Below, piece after piece: positions 34,849 to 48,200 of a DNA stretch of 64,000 nt. The stretch comes from Raillietiella orientalis (taxonomy: Eukaryota): contig JAYWIR010000003.1 in assembly GCA_036172245.1 (NCBI GenBank), forward strand, positions 4,092,001 to 4,156,000, in the 5' to 3' direction. The notes under the pieces were generated by a model. The model was not told the origin of the DNA, did not search any database, and saw only the letters and a list, made by a program, of their open reading frames with translations. Each line of letters opens with the position of its first letter. The first letter of the stretch is position 1. The translations under genes and the position numbers were made by a program.

Positions 34849-37800
34849 CACGAAGCGGCGGACGGGAACGCGGTGATGCGCCGAGGAGACGGGAGTCGCG
34901 GCCACCGCCTGGTGGGACTCGAACTTCTCGCGGAGCTTGCGGGTGGTGTCCAGAGATGGCGCTTCTTCCTCCAGGAGGGACCGGACTTTGCTGTTCGCGG
35001 ACTGCTGCTGGGCGTTCCAGTGCTCGAACTTGGACTTCAGGCTGCGCGCGCGCTCGGTCAGCTGCGCGCGGATGTCTTCCTCGACGGGAGGCGCCTTGTC
35101 ATCCTCCTCACCGCTCGCATCCTCGTCAGACTGGGTCGCCTCCGGGTCACCAGGGGGAGGCGTAAAGCTCTTGAGAGGCGGCAGACCTGCGGGAGAGGAG
35201 GGAGGGACGGGCGCCGGTTTTCCCCGCTTGCGGCGCCGCCGAGAGGGCGATACCTGTGGGCTGCTCCGCGGTCTCGGACCCCCTCTCCAGCTGGCGGAAC
35301 TTGTCCAGCATCTGCCTGGTGGTTGGGCACGATACGGAGGAAGGAGAGGAGGCGCCGTCGTGGTCTCCGTCCTGCAGGAAAGGCGGGAAGGGGGAAAGGT
35401 GCACTCCCTCTCCCGTCCGGCCGCGAGGGCTCACCTGCAAGGGCTGCTGCGGGAGCGAGCCGTAGTTCTCGAAGAAGCGGAACTTCTCCGCCACGTCGGC
35501 TGGCGCCGGCATCTCCTCTGCTGCCGCATCGCAACGAACCACCTCCGCCGCCTTGTTCAAGGACGGGGACCGTCCCAGCAGCTTTCTCGGCGCGGGCGCC
35601 GCCGGCGACGGCGCCGCCGTCCCCTGCCGCCTGTCCAGCTCCAGGAACTTGCTCCTCGCCTGGTCGGAGATGCCTGCCCGATCCGCGCTCCCAAAGGGCC
35701 GTCGGAGCGTACCCCGGCGGCGCCCTGACCCACCGGCTTTCACCAGCTCCATCGGGTCTTCGAGGCCCGCCGCCGCTGCCTCCTCCTCCTCCTGCTCCTT
35801 CAGTGGGCCGCCGTGCTCGAACAGCGCCCTCAGGTGGCTCGTCTTGGCTTCCAGCCCGACTTCCGGTTCCCTGGGCTCTCCGTCCCCTTCGTCGGCGCCC
35901 AGGCTCCTTTCGTACTGTTCCTTGAGGTTGCTGTGCCGGCCCTGCGGGCAACGAGGGCACTCCCTCCCGATCGGGACCCCCTCCGCGCCTCACGCACCAG
36001 AGACAGCCTGGCGCGCAGCCTCTGCTTATCTTCCCTGCGCCTCTGCAGCAGCTCCTCCTGGTGGTCCTGCGCGTGCTCGAACTTCTGCCGGATCGAGGAC
36101 AGCTCCTTGCACGGGACCACGTCGCTCAGGGATGGCGGCGCCCCCTTCGACTCCGCTTCGCCGCCGTCTCCGCCGTCGTCCTCGTCCCCGTCCTCCGCAG
36201 CTGCCCCGTTCGTGAACCTGAGCGGAAGAGGTGTGCGGACTGCGCCCGTCTGACCTCCGCGCCCACCTCCTACCTCGCGATCTTGTTCAGGATGCTGGCG
36301 GACTTGCTGACGGTGACGGGCAGCGGGCGGTGGCCGCGGTCCTCTGCGGCCTCTTCTTCCTTCTTCTGGAAGTACTGCGACAGGTGCTTCACTTCTTCGG
36401 AGCTCAACCCTCGGGGGCTGGAGTCGGTCTTCTCGCAGGCTGGGAGGGGAAGGGAACAGTCGCTCCAGGAAGTCGTCCCCGCCTCCCAGCTTTCCCCCTC
36501 ACCCACACTCACCGCGGACGACGTCCGGGGGCAGCTCCTGGGGCGTGTTTTCGCTGACGATGAGCTCCGACCTCCGGGTGGACCCTGCGAAATCGCAACA
36601 GTCGTCGAGTGGGTCAGCGGTGGCGGCGTCCTCTTCCCAGTCCATGTCGTGCGGAGCCACGGGCGACCCCCGCGCGCGAGCGCACGGAACACGCACACAC
36701 ACGCGGCAACTCCCCTGGACAGCGAAATAGCAAGACGCTCTTCTCGCAGCGTACGCTGCCACCGACTCGGGGGCTGGAGGAGGACGGGCAGAGCGGAGCT
36801 TGCCCGGACGGACGCCAGGGGAATGCGCGGACGCGCGCATGCGCGACGTGGCGGCGGAGGGGGCTCATCAGGGCCAGCCGGCACGTACGCGCGGCTGGAG
36901 GAAGCGGTAGCGACGGCGAGGAGCTGGGACTCGCGGATGCTGCTGCCGCCGCTACGCGAACGCCATAGCGGAGAAATGAGCAACGAATGGAGAGCTTGCC
37001 ATGTCCACCGCCAGAGGCGTCCGCGCGAAGGACGACGGACCGCACCGAAAGGGAAATAAGGGGAACCGGGGGGTGGGTGGGGGGGGGGGAAAGCGACCCT
37101 TGAAAAGGATGCCAAAGTTGCCGCCGCGCGCGACGTACAGAGCAGAGGGACGGACGGACGGAAAGAGTGGCAGCCTGCCCCGTCCTCCGCCAGGGGCGCT
37201 CGTTCGCGTTTTCCCCCGCTTCGCGCGTGCGACTCCTTCCTCACCTGTTTCTTCGTTGGGAGACGGGGGCACGGCCTTCGGCTGCAATAGTTCACGGAAG
37301 TGCGGCTTGCAGAAGACATCTCCCTCGTGGCTGCAGTAGGAGTCGATCCTGCGGAGAGGAGGAGATGTCGGAAAATTACCGAAGGGAAAGATCCTTACTG
37401 CAGCTGCCGGTCGCACTTGGAGCAGCGGAAGCAGTGCCGGTGCCAGATGTCCTTTTCCGCCTTGATGGCCTCGACCGCGAAGACGCTCTTCCCGCACCGC
37501 CTGCAGACCGGCGGGTCGGAGGCCGCCTGCGGCGACGTGACCTTGCTGATCTGCTTGCTGACCTTCGTCCTGCGGGCTTCCACCAGAGAACGCGCGTGCG
37601 TCTCCTCAGGAGGATCCTCGCTCTCCTGGAGGGAGCATCCCGTTCCTCCCTTCCTCTCCTGCGTCCCTTCCTCCCCTTCCGCGCTCGATCCGCGGGGATC
37701 GAGAGATCCCACGGCCCTGCAGCCACCGCCACCGCCTCTTCTTCCATCTGTGCCCTGGAACTTGGTCTCTCCCTTCCGGCGTGCAGTTGGCGGTCAGCGC

Positions 37801-37960
37801 GTCCCTTGGGGATCTCGGAACTTTCCCGCTCTTTCTTGAGATCTGACGGTGCGGAGGGCGACTTCAAGGGCGTCGCTTTCTTCGGAAAGGGGACGGCATT
37901 CTGGGAGACGGGGAGGCTCCTCCGCTTCTTGAGCGCCACCTCGCTGCTAGCGACCTCGCG
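34849..37960 (-). CDS. LIM-domain actin-associated protein of EPLIN/LIMA1/LIMD2 type (resembles arthropod CG33521-like proteins); 5' and 3' ends unresolved
   Basis: A LIM domain is split by an intron at ~37349-37398: C-RR-C-GKSVFAVEAIKAEKDIW-H-RH-C-FR-C-SK-C-DRQL..DSYCSHEGDVF-C-KP-H-FRELL. Downstream exons encode ELIVSENTPQELPPDVVR, SKSASILNKIARF, SIRQKFE, KFRFFENY, LKSFTPPP, ARSLKSKFEHW and VRRFV. Further upstream exons probably extend to ~39200. Confidence 0.85.
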
Positions 37961-40900
37961 GGGATGCCGAGGAAGGAGGAGGGGGAACAAAGGGGGGAGC
38001 AATCACGTCCTCTCCTTCTTCCGGAGGAAGGGTGCAGCTGGGAGGGCGCGCCTCTGTAGTCTCGCGACGTGGAGCAATGCGTCGGCCGGGAGGTCTCCCG
38101 GCCTCACCCTGCTGCCACTCACTCACCGGAAGGTCTCCGTTCTAATGAATCCCCTCCCCCCCCCCCTTCTGCGTGGCACCCTCGCCTCCGGAGACGGTGG
38201 TCCTCGGATTGGCTGCTCAGCCTCCGACATTCACACCTCTGCGGACTTCCGTGTCTAGTAGATGGGAGGAGACTGCAGCTTGGGGAACCCGAGCCAGAGG
38301 TGGCGTCAGATCTGCTGTCAAGTCCAGACGGGGAGCGGGAGTGGGAGGGGTGGAACAGGAGCGCGCCTGACGGAGATGAGAATCCATGGCGACCGCCAAG
38401 GCGGATGCTGCGTAGGGAGGCGCACGGAGAGGAACCACCTCATCTCAGAGTTGCTTCCTCCCTCCAAGGGAGGCTGATCAACGAAGGGAAACATCCTCTA
38501 GAGGGTGAGAAGGGGATGGGGGATGGGAAACAGGACTTTCGAGGGAATGTACCCCCTTCCTCGGAGGTCGCGCCAGTCTTTCGACCCCTGGGACACCCGC
38601 CAGCCTGGAACGAGCGGTTCAGCCGGGAGAGGAAAGATGGCAGCAAGACTCCGCTTGGATCTTCGTGTTAAGGGGGGAGGAGGAGGGAATGCGGTGGCAA
38701 GACCCCAAGAGGAGGAGCTGTCTCGACCTCCCAGGTGACCCACGGCGGGGAAGAAGATTCGTGGTTGGCTGCCGCAGGGCTCGCGAGAAGGAGACCGGCC
38801 GAGAAACCTCCTTACCGGGGTGGGTTCCGTAGCTGCCATTCCCACTCCTCCTCCTCCCGCCTCCTTCTTGCGCTTCTTCCTGGAATGCTTGACCACCCTC
38901 GCCGGCGGGCCTTCGTCGTCGGCTCCTCCTGCCTGGAAAGGAACGCAGAGTCAGCGGGCAGGGGAAGCGGGGAAAGAACTCGCCGGTCCACCTCGGGAAG
39001 AGGTTGCCAGCTGGGGAAACTGGCGGATGATCTCCCCTGAACTCAGCCCTCCCTCCCTCGCGTGCGCATTCCTCCTCCTCCTCCTCTCCCTTTGGCGCCT
39101 CGGAGCACGACGCACGCGCTTCCTGCTCACTTGACCCTTGCATGGCAGAAAAGCACGAGAAGGGGCTGGCCCTTTGGGGCTGACTTTTCCCATGGCGATC
39201 TCGACTTCTAGGGAGGCCTCAGCGGGAGTACCCGAAGCAGAACGCTCAAAGGAGGATGCACCGCCCAAGCCCGGAAACGAGGCTCTCTCGTAGGCTCGAC
39301 TGACTGCCCCTCCCCGCCGATCCCTCCTTTGGTCGTGCTGCAGTCCGCGGACCTCACATCGCTCGCGGCTCCGCCATCAAAACCCATCTCCCCGAGACGA
39401 CCGGAAGGTGGCTTTTCGGTTCGCCAGCAGCTCGCTCCCGGCTCCAGAGGGAGCTGGATACCGTGGAGTGCCCCCGCTCCTCTGCATCCCGGATCGCTTC
39501 CTAATAGGGAAAGGCCTCCCCTCCAAAACACTGTGGAAACTCCCTGGTCAGGCACCCAGGTCATAAAGGTGGCATTCGTCCCTGCGCGCAGCAGGGTAAG
39601 TAGGGGGAGCGACCTCCCTGCTGTCAAGCGCTACGACGCCGCTTTTCGAGTTCTCATTCATCGTCCGCCCCACGACCTAATTCCGCTTCTGCGACAGCCG
39701 CCCTTTTATTTTTGCACGGCTCGCACTCCAACATCCTTCCCGAAGGAGGAGAAGCAGAGGGTGATTGGTAGGAGGGGGGAGCAGGAAACACTCGGAAGGA
39801 GGAACCAGGAGCGTTCCTCACGAGGAAACAACGGTGCCAGGAAGCGAGGCCCTCAACGATGACCCCCCCCCCTCTCGGGCAACTCGTGAGGCGCCTCTGT
39901 AGCCAGTCCTCCGTTCCGGGACGAGCGTTTTCCGGAAGCCCTCCCAAGATGTGTGCCCTTCCCGAAAGAAGGGTTCTTGGTTCTTCCGCACAAGCCGAGG
40001 CTTTAGGCCGCGGTCGAGACAGAGGATCCGACTTCTGGCGGGCGACCTCCGCCTGTCGTGGCGTTGACCTTCAGACGCGAGGGTCGTGGAACGGCGGGCA
40101 ACAGAAGAAAGGCCTACCCCTTGGCCCAAAGGACGCTGTCGTGCGGACATGGACGGACAACCCTCAAAATTTCCCCTGGGGACATGAAGGAATGCATGCT
40201 GGAGTGAGGAGCAGTTTGATCCTCTTCTCGAAGGACCACGAAGATCCTTTCCGATTTTCCAACTAATTGCCTGAGGAGGAAGCGGCTTGTTACAACAGGT
40301 GCCGTTTGGTGACTCCCAGCCGTGACCGGAAGAATTCTGTGGTTCTCAGAATACCACCGCGCACAAGAGGACTGCTGGATGATGAGAAAGGAGGACGTTT
40401 CGTTGCTGCCGATGTGGGGTAAGGAAAGAGAAGGATCCTCATCTGCGGGGAATTGTCCTGAACATCCTCGATCCATCCCTTGCTGCTGCTAAGTGAGACC
40501 CTTCGAGAAGATGACACTCAAAGGGAACCGAGGAAACCACGGATCAGCTGCAAGGGGGAAGGTGGCGGAAATCTGGCCTCCGACTTGCCTTTTTCTCCAA
40601 AGCGGGCCTTCTCCCGATCCCTGAGACACCTGGAGGCAATGGGACGGACGGCTGCTACATGGGGCTCGGACCGATATTGAATTCCGTCCTACTGGGCTGA
40701 GCATTCGAAGACCAAGTAGCAACTGCCCTCCCACCGTTGGGGCACTGAAATTCCCATCCTCTTCGCTGACGAAAAGCTTCCTCGACGGAGCGACGCTTTC
40801 TTTTACGCTTTCTTTCCTGTCTTCGCCGTTTGTCCTTCGTGACGTCAAGGAACGAAGAAATGCAAACAAAAATAGCGGCTGCAACCTCTGGCTCTATTTT

Positions 40901-41987
40901 TGACGCCTTCTTGACGCGCTTCCTCGCGTGCGTGCCGCAGATCAGCTGCTCCCGAGCAGGAGCGTCTCCCGTAGAGGCACTCCTGGATGCTGGTCTTCGG
41001 AATATTCGTTCGGTGAGTCGCCTCCTCAAGGATACGCTGAGCTGTCCATTCTCCCCCGTCTGTGTGGCCCTCGCGTCAAGCGCGCCTTCGGGCTTCACCG
41101 GAGTGGCAAATACACCGATGACATCTGTTTGCGCGTAGCCGCACACTTGAAAGCGGTGCGCACATCACACGCACGACACCACCACCCTCGGATGACACTG
41201 AGTCGACCTCTTGAAATACAGATTCTGAGGTTGGAGTCCCCCCCCCCTCTCTCCTCCCTATGATCAAATAATTAGTCCTGAGCTGAAAACTCGCGTCTCT
41301 TGGAGAAGGAACGCGCAGCAACGGATGCCATCTGATGAACACACCTGATGCTTCTTGGGGCTCGTGCTAACTGCGATGAACCTACGCTAAATTCATAGGG
41401 AGGAGGAAGAGGGCAAAATCTTCTGATTTCCGGTTCCCCATCGAGCCTCTCTCAAGGACAGCTTCCCGAGGGTAGGAAGCAGTCTCTCTTCTATGCAATT
41501 GCGGTTCAATGGCGAGTGAACCACCCCTGGGACGAGAGTACGGAGTGCCTCTGCCAGGAAGACTCGTTCCAGGTGCTTCATGGCAGCTTGTTCTGAGTCA
41601 GGCAGGGCCAGAAGCAACCAATCCATACTGACCTGCACCTCGGGAGAAAGATCATGGAACGAATCGGATCATCCCGGAGCCGTCTTCCCTGGAGTGCTTT
41701 CCGGACCTTCACTGATGTTTCTGATATTTGGATCCATCCGTGTGGCTGACACTCCGGGAACGGCGCCGGTCAAATGGCACCATTCCCAAAGTCTGTAGGG
41801 CCAAATTTCCTCGACTGGGATTGAAACCAACGTGTCTTCCCCCATCCGGCGAGATCACGCCTCCATCTTTTCAGTTCCTCCATTGGTGCCACTTACTTCG
41901 TCAGGAACCAGAATCCACTCTTAATGAACCTGTGGTACCTTTCCAGAGTGTAAGAAGCTCTCTGCTCCCTTTGGGTAGCGACTTTTC

Positions 41988-42290
41988 GGGGTTCTCTTCA
42001 GAGGAGTAAAAAGGAGCGGTTCTCTTGCGGGTATCCTCTGGAGAAGAAATTCAAGGAGCAGATCCTTTCCGGATTTCCCTCGGAGAAAAAATGAGTGGCC
42101 TCCTCAGAGGGTTCCTCTGGAGAGAATAAGGAAGAGATTCCCTTAGGAGACAACCAGGATGAGAGTTCCCTTCCAAGAGTAAGTTCTTCCTGCATAGCCT
42201 TCTTGGATTAATTAGTGTGGTTTCTACGGGTTTTTCCTATGAGTTACATGCACTCTGGAGTGACTTTGACAGTGTTTAAAACGCTTTGTG
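41988..42290. repeat. Dispersed repeat family, copy 3 (body; similarity probably extends left to ~41400)
   Basis: GGGTTCTCTTCAGAGGAGTAAAAAGGAGCGGTTCTCTTGCGG...GGAGAGAATAAGGAAGA...GGAGACAACCAGG closely parallels 12811-12990. Confidence 0.8.
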
Positions 42291-45200
42291 AACCCCCGAT
42301 GTTGCGGCATCGTCAAACCTCCGATGTCTCCCTGTAGAGACGAACGGTTATTCAGTACTTAACGAAGCGAAAGAACAGAGCCCCCCAAGAGAAGGTAGAA
42401 GGAGATAGCATAACAGAATAACCCTAAAGGATTTCCAATAGCTGCTCTCTTCATACGATGAGGGCATCGATACCTTCGGCTTTGACCTCCCCCATGATGG
42501 TACGTGACTGTTTCTCTAAGCAAAGAATTCTTTCTCCTTTATTGCTGCTGCTATCGAATTTTGGGCAGGCTCGAGAAATCCACGAAAAAGTGACCAAAAT
42601 GGGAGAGAAACTACTGCTGCTAAGGATGACCATGCTACCATCAACAAGGTTAACCATTGCATGTTGATGAAGTAAGCCGTGATCCTTCCCCCATTAAGCT
42701 GTTCTCGCCAAGCTAGCCCTAATCTACCGTCTCGCGCTCATGCACTCGGGGTGGTAGCCCCCGGACGTCCTCCTGCTTCTCCCTTCTCTGTACCTCGGAG
42801 GAGCCACCCGCACGCTCCCTGCTCTCATCCCCTGGAGCAACCGTCGCTGGAGTCTTGGAGACGGTGAGTGAGCGCTCAGGGGCTTCCTCCCAGGAGACGA
42901 GGACACCTCCACGAGGAACGCCGTGCTGTCGCACTTCCCTGAGTGCGCAAGGAGACTGAAATTTATCGTAGAAATCGCTTCTCCGCGCTCCTGTCCTTCC
43001 AAGTCACGTGGTTATCTGGAGCGTGGCATTCCGAAAAGCAAAGAGCATGCCAAGTTCCTTGTAATCTTCCCGGCTGCGAAGAGCCATTTGAATAGTCCTT
43101 TTCGTGGTCGTCTGGCGCTTTGCTTCCATTTTCTTGAGTCTTTTCAGGGGCGGTTCCATCCATTTAGATGCAACAGTTTTGTATCGGATCCTCTGGATGA
43201 GGTGCATTTATAATTCGCTTGCTCTGCGCTTTTCTCGGCAATTCTTCTTCCTATCTTTTGTCCCTGACGTGAATCCACTTCTCTCGTCCTTATCACTCAG
43301 GAGGGGTTTCCCGTTTCCGGACTCGCGCGCGAGTGGGCCGGCTTATCGCGGCACTCTTCAAGAGTCGCACTCGCATCGGTTCCAGCGACTGTTCCTCGGT
43401 CGCATCCCCTGAAGCCCAAGCTAGAGGGACCTGGCCAGCCTGCACCGGACGACTGTCCTTCCTCGCCTCATTTCTGGAAAGGAACGCTGCATGCGGCGGG
43501 TTCATTGAGGAAGCTGGGAAGAATCGATCTGATCGTCAAAGGAACGCCGGCATCTCTGCTCGAGAGGATAAGTTCTTTAACGAACCGCACACTTTGAACA
43601 TTGGCTGCTTTGCATCGAGATCTCGCCTCCCCGTTCGCGCACGGATCTGCGGATTCCGCCGCAATGTTTGCGAGTGCTCTCCAGCACTCCCTTGTTCGTA
43701 GCCTCTCTTCAGCGGTTCTGCTGGCACTGTGGATAAGGGCAGATTGGCGCTCAGCAAGAAGATCGCTGCAAACCCGAAAAGAGCGTTTCGGGAAGATTAG
43801 AGCGACTGAACCACCGAGTTGCCTACGGAAGCCCGAAAGACCAGGGGAGCTGCCCCTGACAGTACTCGGAGCATGCGTGCGGTCGAATACCAGGACTGAC
43901 TCGATGCGAGCGAGCGGCAAACACGGCTGAACTCGGTTTCGGTGGAGGCAAGCCGGAACACTTGTCTCCAGCAACCAACACAAAAGGTTGCTTTCTGACT
44001 GCGACCTGTGGCCCATGCCAAGGGCCAAATTCATGCTCGCTTGCGCCGCGTTCCGCTGCGACAAGATTGCTGAGGAACGCAGTAGAACCGTCACCACTTG
44101 CTCCAGAACCGCACCGATAAATCCATTCATCACACTTCTCCCGCGGAAGTCGGGAACCGGCGCACATCATCGCGCCGTCTATCTTCGAAGACGGGTGGCT
44201 TTGAGGGAAAAAAAAGAAAGAGAGAGAAAAAAAAACGAGAATCGAAAGTAGAGCGCAGTCCACACGCACGTCTTCCCACAGCGAGTTTCATGGGAATGCA
44301 CGCACTGTATTGCACGTGGAGACTCGGAGCCAATGCGAGAGCCAATCAGCGATGTCTAAAGACCGACGCCGAGTTTGGATTCGAGATGGTCATTCTTTCA
44401 AAGGAAAGAAAGTCGGATGACCTGTAGAGATGAACCTGATCGGAACCAAAGAGAACATTCAAAGGCTGGAAACGAGTCGCATCTTCGATTAGCAGCAGTC
44501 GGACGGAAGAGTTTCTAGAGAGCGATTCTCGTTCTGCTTTCTTATGAGGAAGAGCTCCCTCACTCATCTTTTCGCCATGCCCTCCAGGATCAGTAAGCGT
44601 TCTTTGAACGCATTTGGTTACATAAAGACGCTCCAGGGGATGTCATGGGACGGGAAGGTCCCTGGCGAATCTCACTGTGAGCACGCACATGCGGTAACGT
44701 GGGCGGTGTTCCTGGATGCACGCGCAGCATGCTGATCAGGCGAAAGTACGGTGGGTCGTTATACTGTATCACGTATGTACAGATATTAGAAGGATGTGTA
44801 TACGATGCCTGTAGGTGTTGAAGGGTTTTCCAGTACTCTTCGGCTTAATGCACGAATAGCCCGAAACCTCCGTGCCTGTAGGATGTGGTCAGCACCTGAT
44901 GGATGAGTAGAAGAAAGTTCTAGATATGATGCTCCGGATTACCATGCCGCCCTTGACGCTCCACGCCTGCATGCAGTCAGAACCGAAGTCCCAGCGGCGT
45001 GCCAATCCCTTCGTCTGGAACGAGGGGTAACGGAAGATGAAGAACCTCAGCCGTTCGCAGGCTGCCCCTCAGTGGGCGTGGCAGTGGTTCGCGGTCGAAA
45101 AGGACGTCAGGGGAAAAGCGCTGTGGCAGCCATTGAAATGAGGATAAATGGTTTGGATCCATGCTGGCTTGGGAATGCGGGAATCACCCAGAAAGGGGAG

Positions 45201-48200
45201 AACCCCAACGAGTGCAAGGCTCTAGCCACTCAGGAGTCGTGACCACGAAGGAAATGGAAGAGGGCGCCCTCGCAACAGATCGAGAGACTCGCAAGAGGGA
45301 GGATGGTGGACGCGTTGTTGAAGATCGGACCGAACCGGGCTCCAACGAAGCGTTGCGGAAGTGCCAAGCGGACGCTGACATGCCGCCGAAGTTCTCAGGG
45401 AATTTGAGGGAGGGAAGGAGGAGGGACGACTGCGTTGCCAGGAGACGCTTTGTCCGGCCTTTGTCACTTCTGAGTGAGTCCCTCCCAAATGCCTGCGAGA
45501 GGAAGGCGCGTGTCTGGAAGGGGACCATTCTCGGATAAACTCCGCCAGATAAAGAACTTCGGGTTTCTGAGCGTCACCACTTGCTTCAGGCACGCCACCA
45601 GATTCGAGCTCAGCGAACTGTGCACAGGGGTGTGGGTGCGGTCCGATCGATTCAGCAGCCCGGAAGCGCACGCCGAGAAGCGGCAGGAGTCATGCCCGCC
45701 CTCAGTCGCGCACACCTCAACGTCCGGCTGTGGGGCGGACCCTGAACTGCCACTGAATGAATGCGCGGGGCTGAAATCGCTCCTGCCTTCACGATGCGTG
45801 GGCAGGAAAAATCGATAAGCGGCTGGCAGGGTGCGGGGTGATGACCAAGGTGCTCCTGCTGCTGTCGATGAAAGAGAGCGCGCGCCGGCTCCTGCACTCC
45901 CGTTCGGCGTGCCCCGATGGATCTCAGTAGACCAGATGCGAGGAGGTCGATTGGTCGCGCAGTCAGAGCTAGGAGCTTTCCCTGGTGTAGGAATCCTGGA
46001 TGTGGGATTTTCTGTAGGTGGGGGTCGGAGCGTCATCGGCCGAGGATCCTCAGGGTGCTCGTCCGAGAGAGAAACTGCGAATAGCGGTAGCGCTTCCGCT
46101 AGAAAGTTCTGGAAGGTAAGGAGGAGGAGTGCTCCTCGCCGAGGTGAACGAAGAGCTGCAGCACGGGGAGGGGGGCAATTCGGAGGAGCGGCAAGCTTGG
46201 CGTCGGGGATTGCTCTCTGGAGTGCGAGTTCTTGGACAACGGCGGGACAATGAAAGTCCTGTGAGACAATGCCATCACTCCAGAAGAGGTGGGCAACTCT
46301 GCTGAGGGCTCCGAGAGAGGCACCCGCTGCGTGCCATCCGACGTTTCGTTCCCAATGCAGGAAACACAGACCGAATCACACGCAACGCTTTCAGAAGCCA
46401 CGATCAGCGACCCTTGCGCGGCTCACACGCGCTTTTCTGGGACTCCACCTTCTTCCTTGCCTACGCCCCGCCGTCCAGATCACGGTGCACCCAGCTGTGT
46501 GCGTGGGGGATTGGAGAAACGCAACCCGTGTGCTCACTTCCCAGCCTCTTCACTGGTTCCTCCTCAGACTGGTATGCCGTCCCGGCCGGGGAGTGGCATT
46601 CGATCCTGCAGACCCACCTTCCCGTGCCTGCCACGTTCTCTTTCCTGTGCCGCCGACTCAGAGGCATGGGAAAAACGGGAGGCAACGTCCGTGCAGCCGG
46701 ATGGGTCGGCAGAGATAAGAAGCGTAGGATCGATCCCGCCCAGGCGAAAACCCCCCCGGTGCGAGTCCCACCCTACTGCCTGGCGACTTCTGCTGCGCCG
46801 CTAGAGAGTTCTGGCTCTTCCTCGAGGGCTCGGGCGCCGAGTACTCGCACATGATTCATCATCGTGCCGATTACACAAATAATCTGTCCCATCCCAGTTG
46901 CTGTGAAACAAGACGGTTATTACTTGAGGTAAAGCAGAAGGATGATAAGATACTGCAGAAGATAAGGAGGAGAAGCGAAACTCGATCGTCAATGGATCGC
47001 TAGGCTTTCGAAATCGCTGGAGTGACTTCGAATCGGAAATCGCCTCACGACACATTCCAGCAGAGCAACCAGAATGATTGCCCTCGAGCCGGTACACGCA
47101 GATTCCGTTCCCGTTGTTCTTTCCGGTTGTCCCGGCAACAGAGCACACACACTCGAGGAGGAGAAAATCGCTTCTGCTTTTAAAACACGATCACCCCCCA
47201 CCCACCCAAAAAAAAGGGGACAGCTGCGAGGTCAGAGGTTGTGTACACGCGCTGGATGAGATGAGCACTACGTGTTTCGTGTTCAGAGGGCAGGGGAGGA
47301 ACAAAACCGCGAGAGACTCACCGATTTGCCGCAGCCGGAGGGAATCTGCGGATCCTGCGCCAATTTTCCAGCCGCCGACATCAGGGCCGAGTGGCGGTGA
47401 TTATTCGTTCTCTGTGAGCTCCGATTCACTGGGGAGTCCCGGGAGAAAGACGGGAGGCCGCCGGTTTCAGCAGCAACCCGCCGGTTCCGGCAAACCAGAG
47501 CCGGCAGCGCCACGTCGGCATGACAACCGCATTTCGACGTTTCGGAACGGAACTGCGGGCGGGACTTATTATTATAATTTCCGCTCCTCAGCCGACATTT
47601 GTTTGTTACCCCCGGAAGAGGCTACAAATACAAAAATAACCGGCAAGGTGACGCGAACGCGGGAAGCTGGCGGCATTTCAAAATTGTTTCAATTCCGTTT
47701 ACTCGATCGGAGGGAGGAGGCAGATCGGGAGCGAGCCGAGGAGCGGCTCCATCCATCATCATTCGTCGCCGCGGCGCGCTGCTCCTCGGTCGCCGAAGAG
47801 CGCGGAGAGGGGGGACGGATGCTGCCCCCGGTCACAGCCGATAATTCTTTCGGGGGAGGAGAAGCGCCTGCTCTTCCAAGCACGGGACGAGGGGATTCCC
47901 CGGCCGGGAAGCAGAGCGCGTGGAGAGCTGCCAGGTGAGGGAGGATGCCCGCCGCCTCTCTCCCCTTCAGAAGACCAGAAGTTTTCCCTCGTCGGGTTCC
48001 CGCGCGCAGCGGGAGGAGGAGCTGCGGAGGGGCTCTTGGGCGCTCTCCAAACGCCCAGGGAACCGCTCGCTGAGTGGATCCGCCCTCGCACCCGCGGGCG
48101 GACACCGGCAGGCCCACCCGAGAGATTCTCCCTCCCTCAGATGCATCGGCTCGCGCCGGGACCCCCTCTTTCGGAGCCCTCGGCACGGTTGCCCATCTCT

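Noticed and set aside
34072..35925. 617-aa plus-strand ORF (and 36061-37059, 37167-38258)
   Set aside because: Antisense shadows of the GC-rich LIM gene. The Arg/Gly/Pro/Ala-rich composition is expected from high GC, and no domain is recognisable.
43468..44133. 221-aa minus-strand ORF
   Set aside because: No motif, no splice structure and no recognisable homology.
44780..45070. Possible non-LTR RT thumb remnant (FFYSS...RHGGFGL, minus strand)
   Set aside because: A single weak motif split by a frameshift and stop, with no upstream RT motifs; not supportable by eye.
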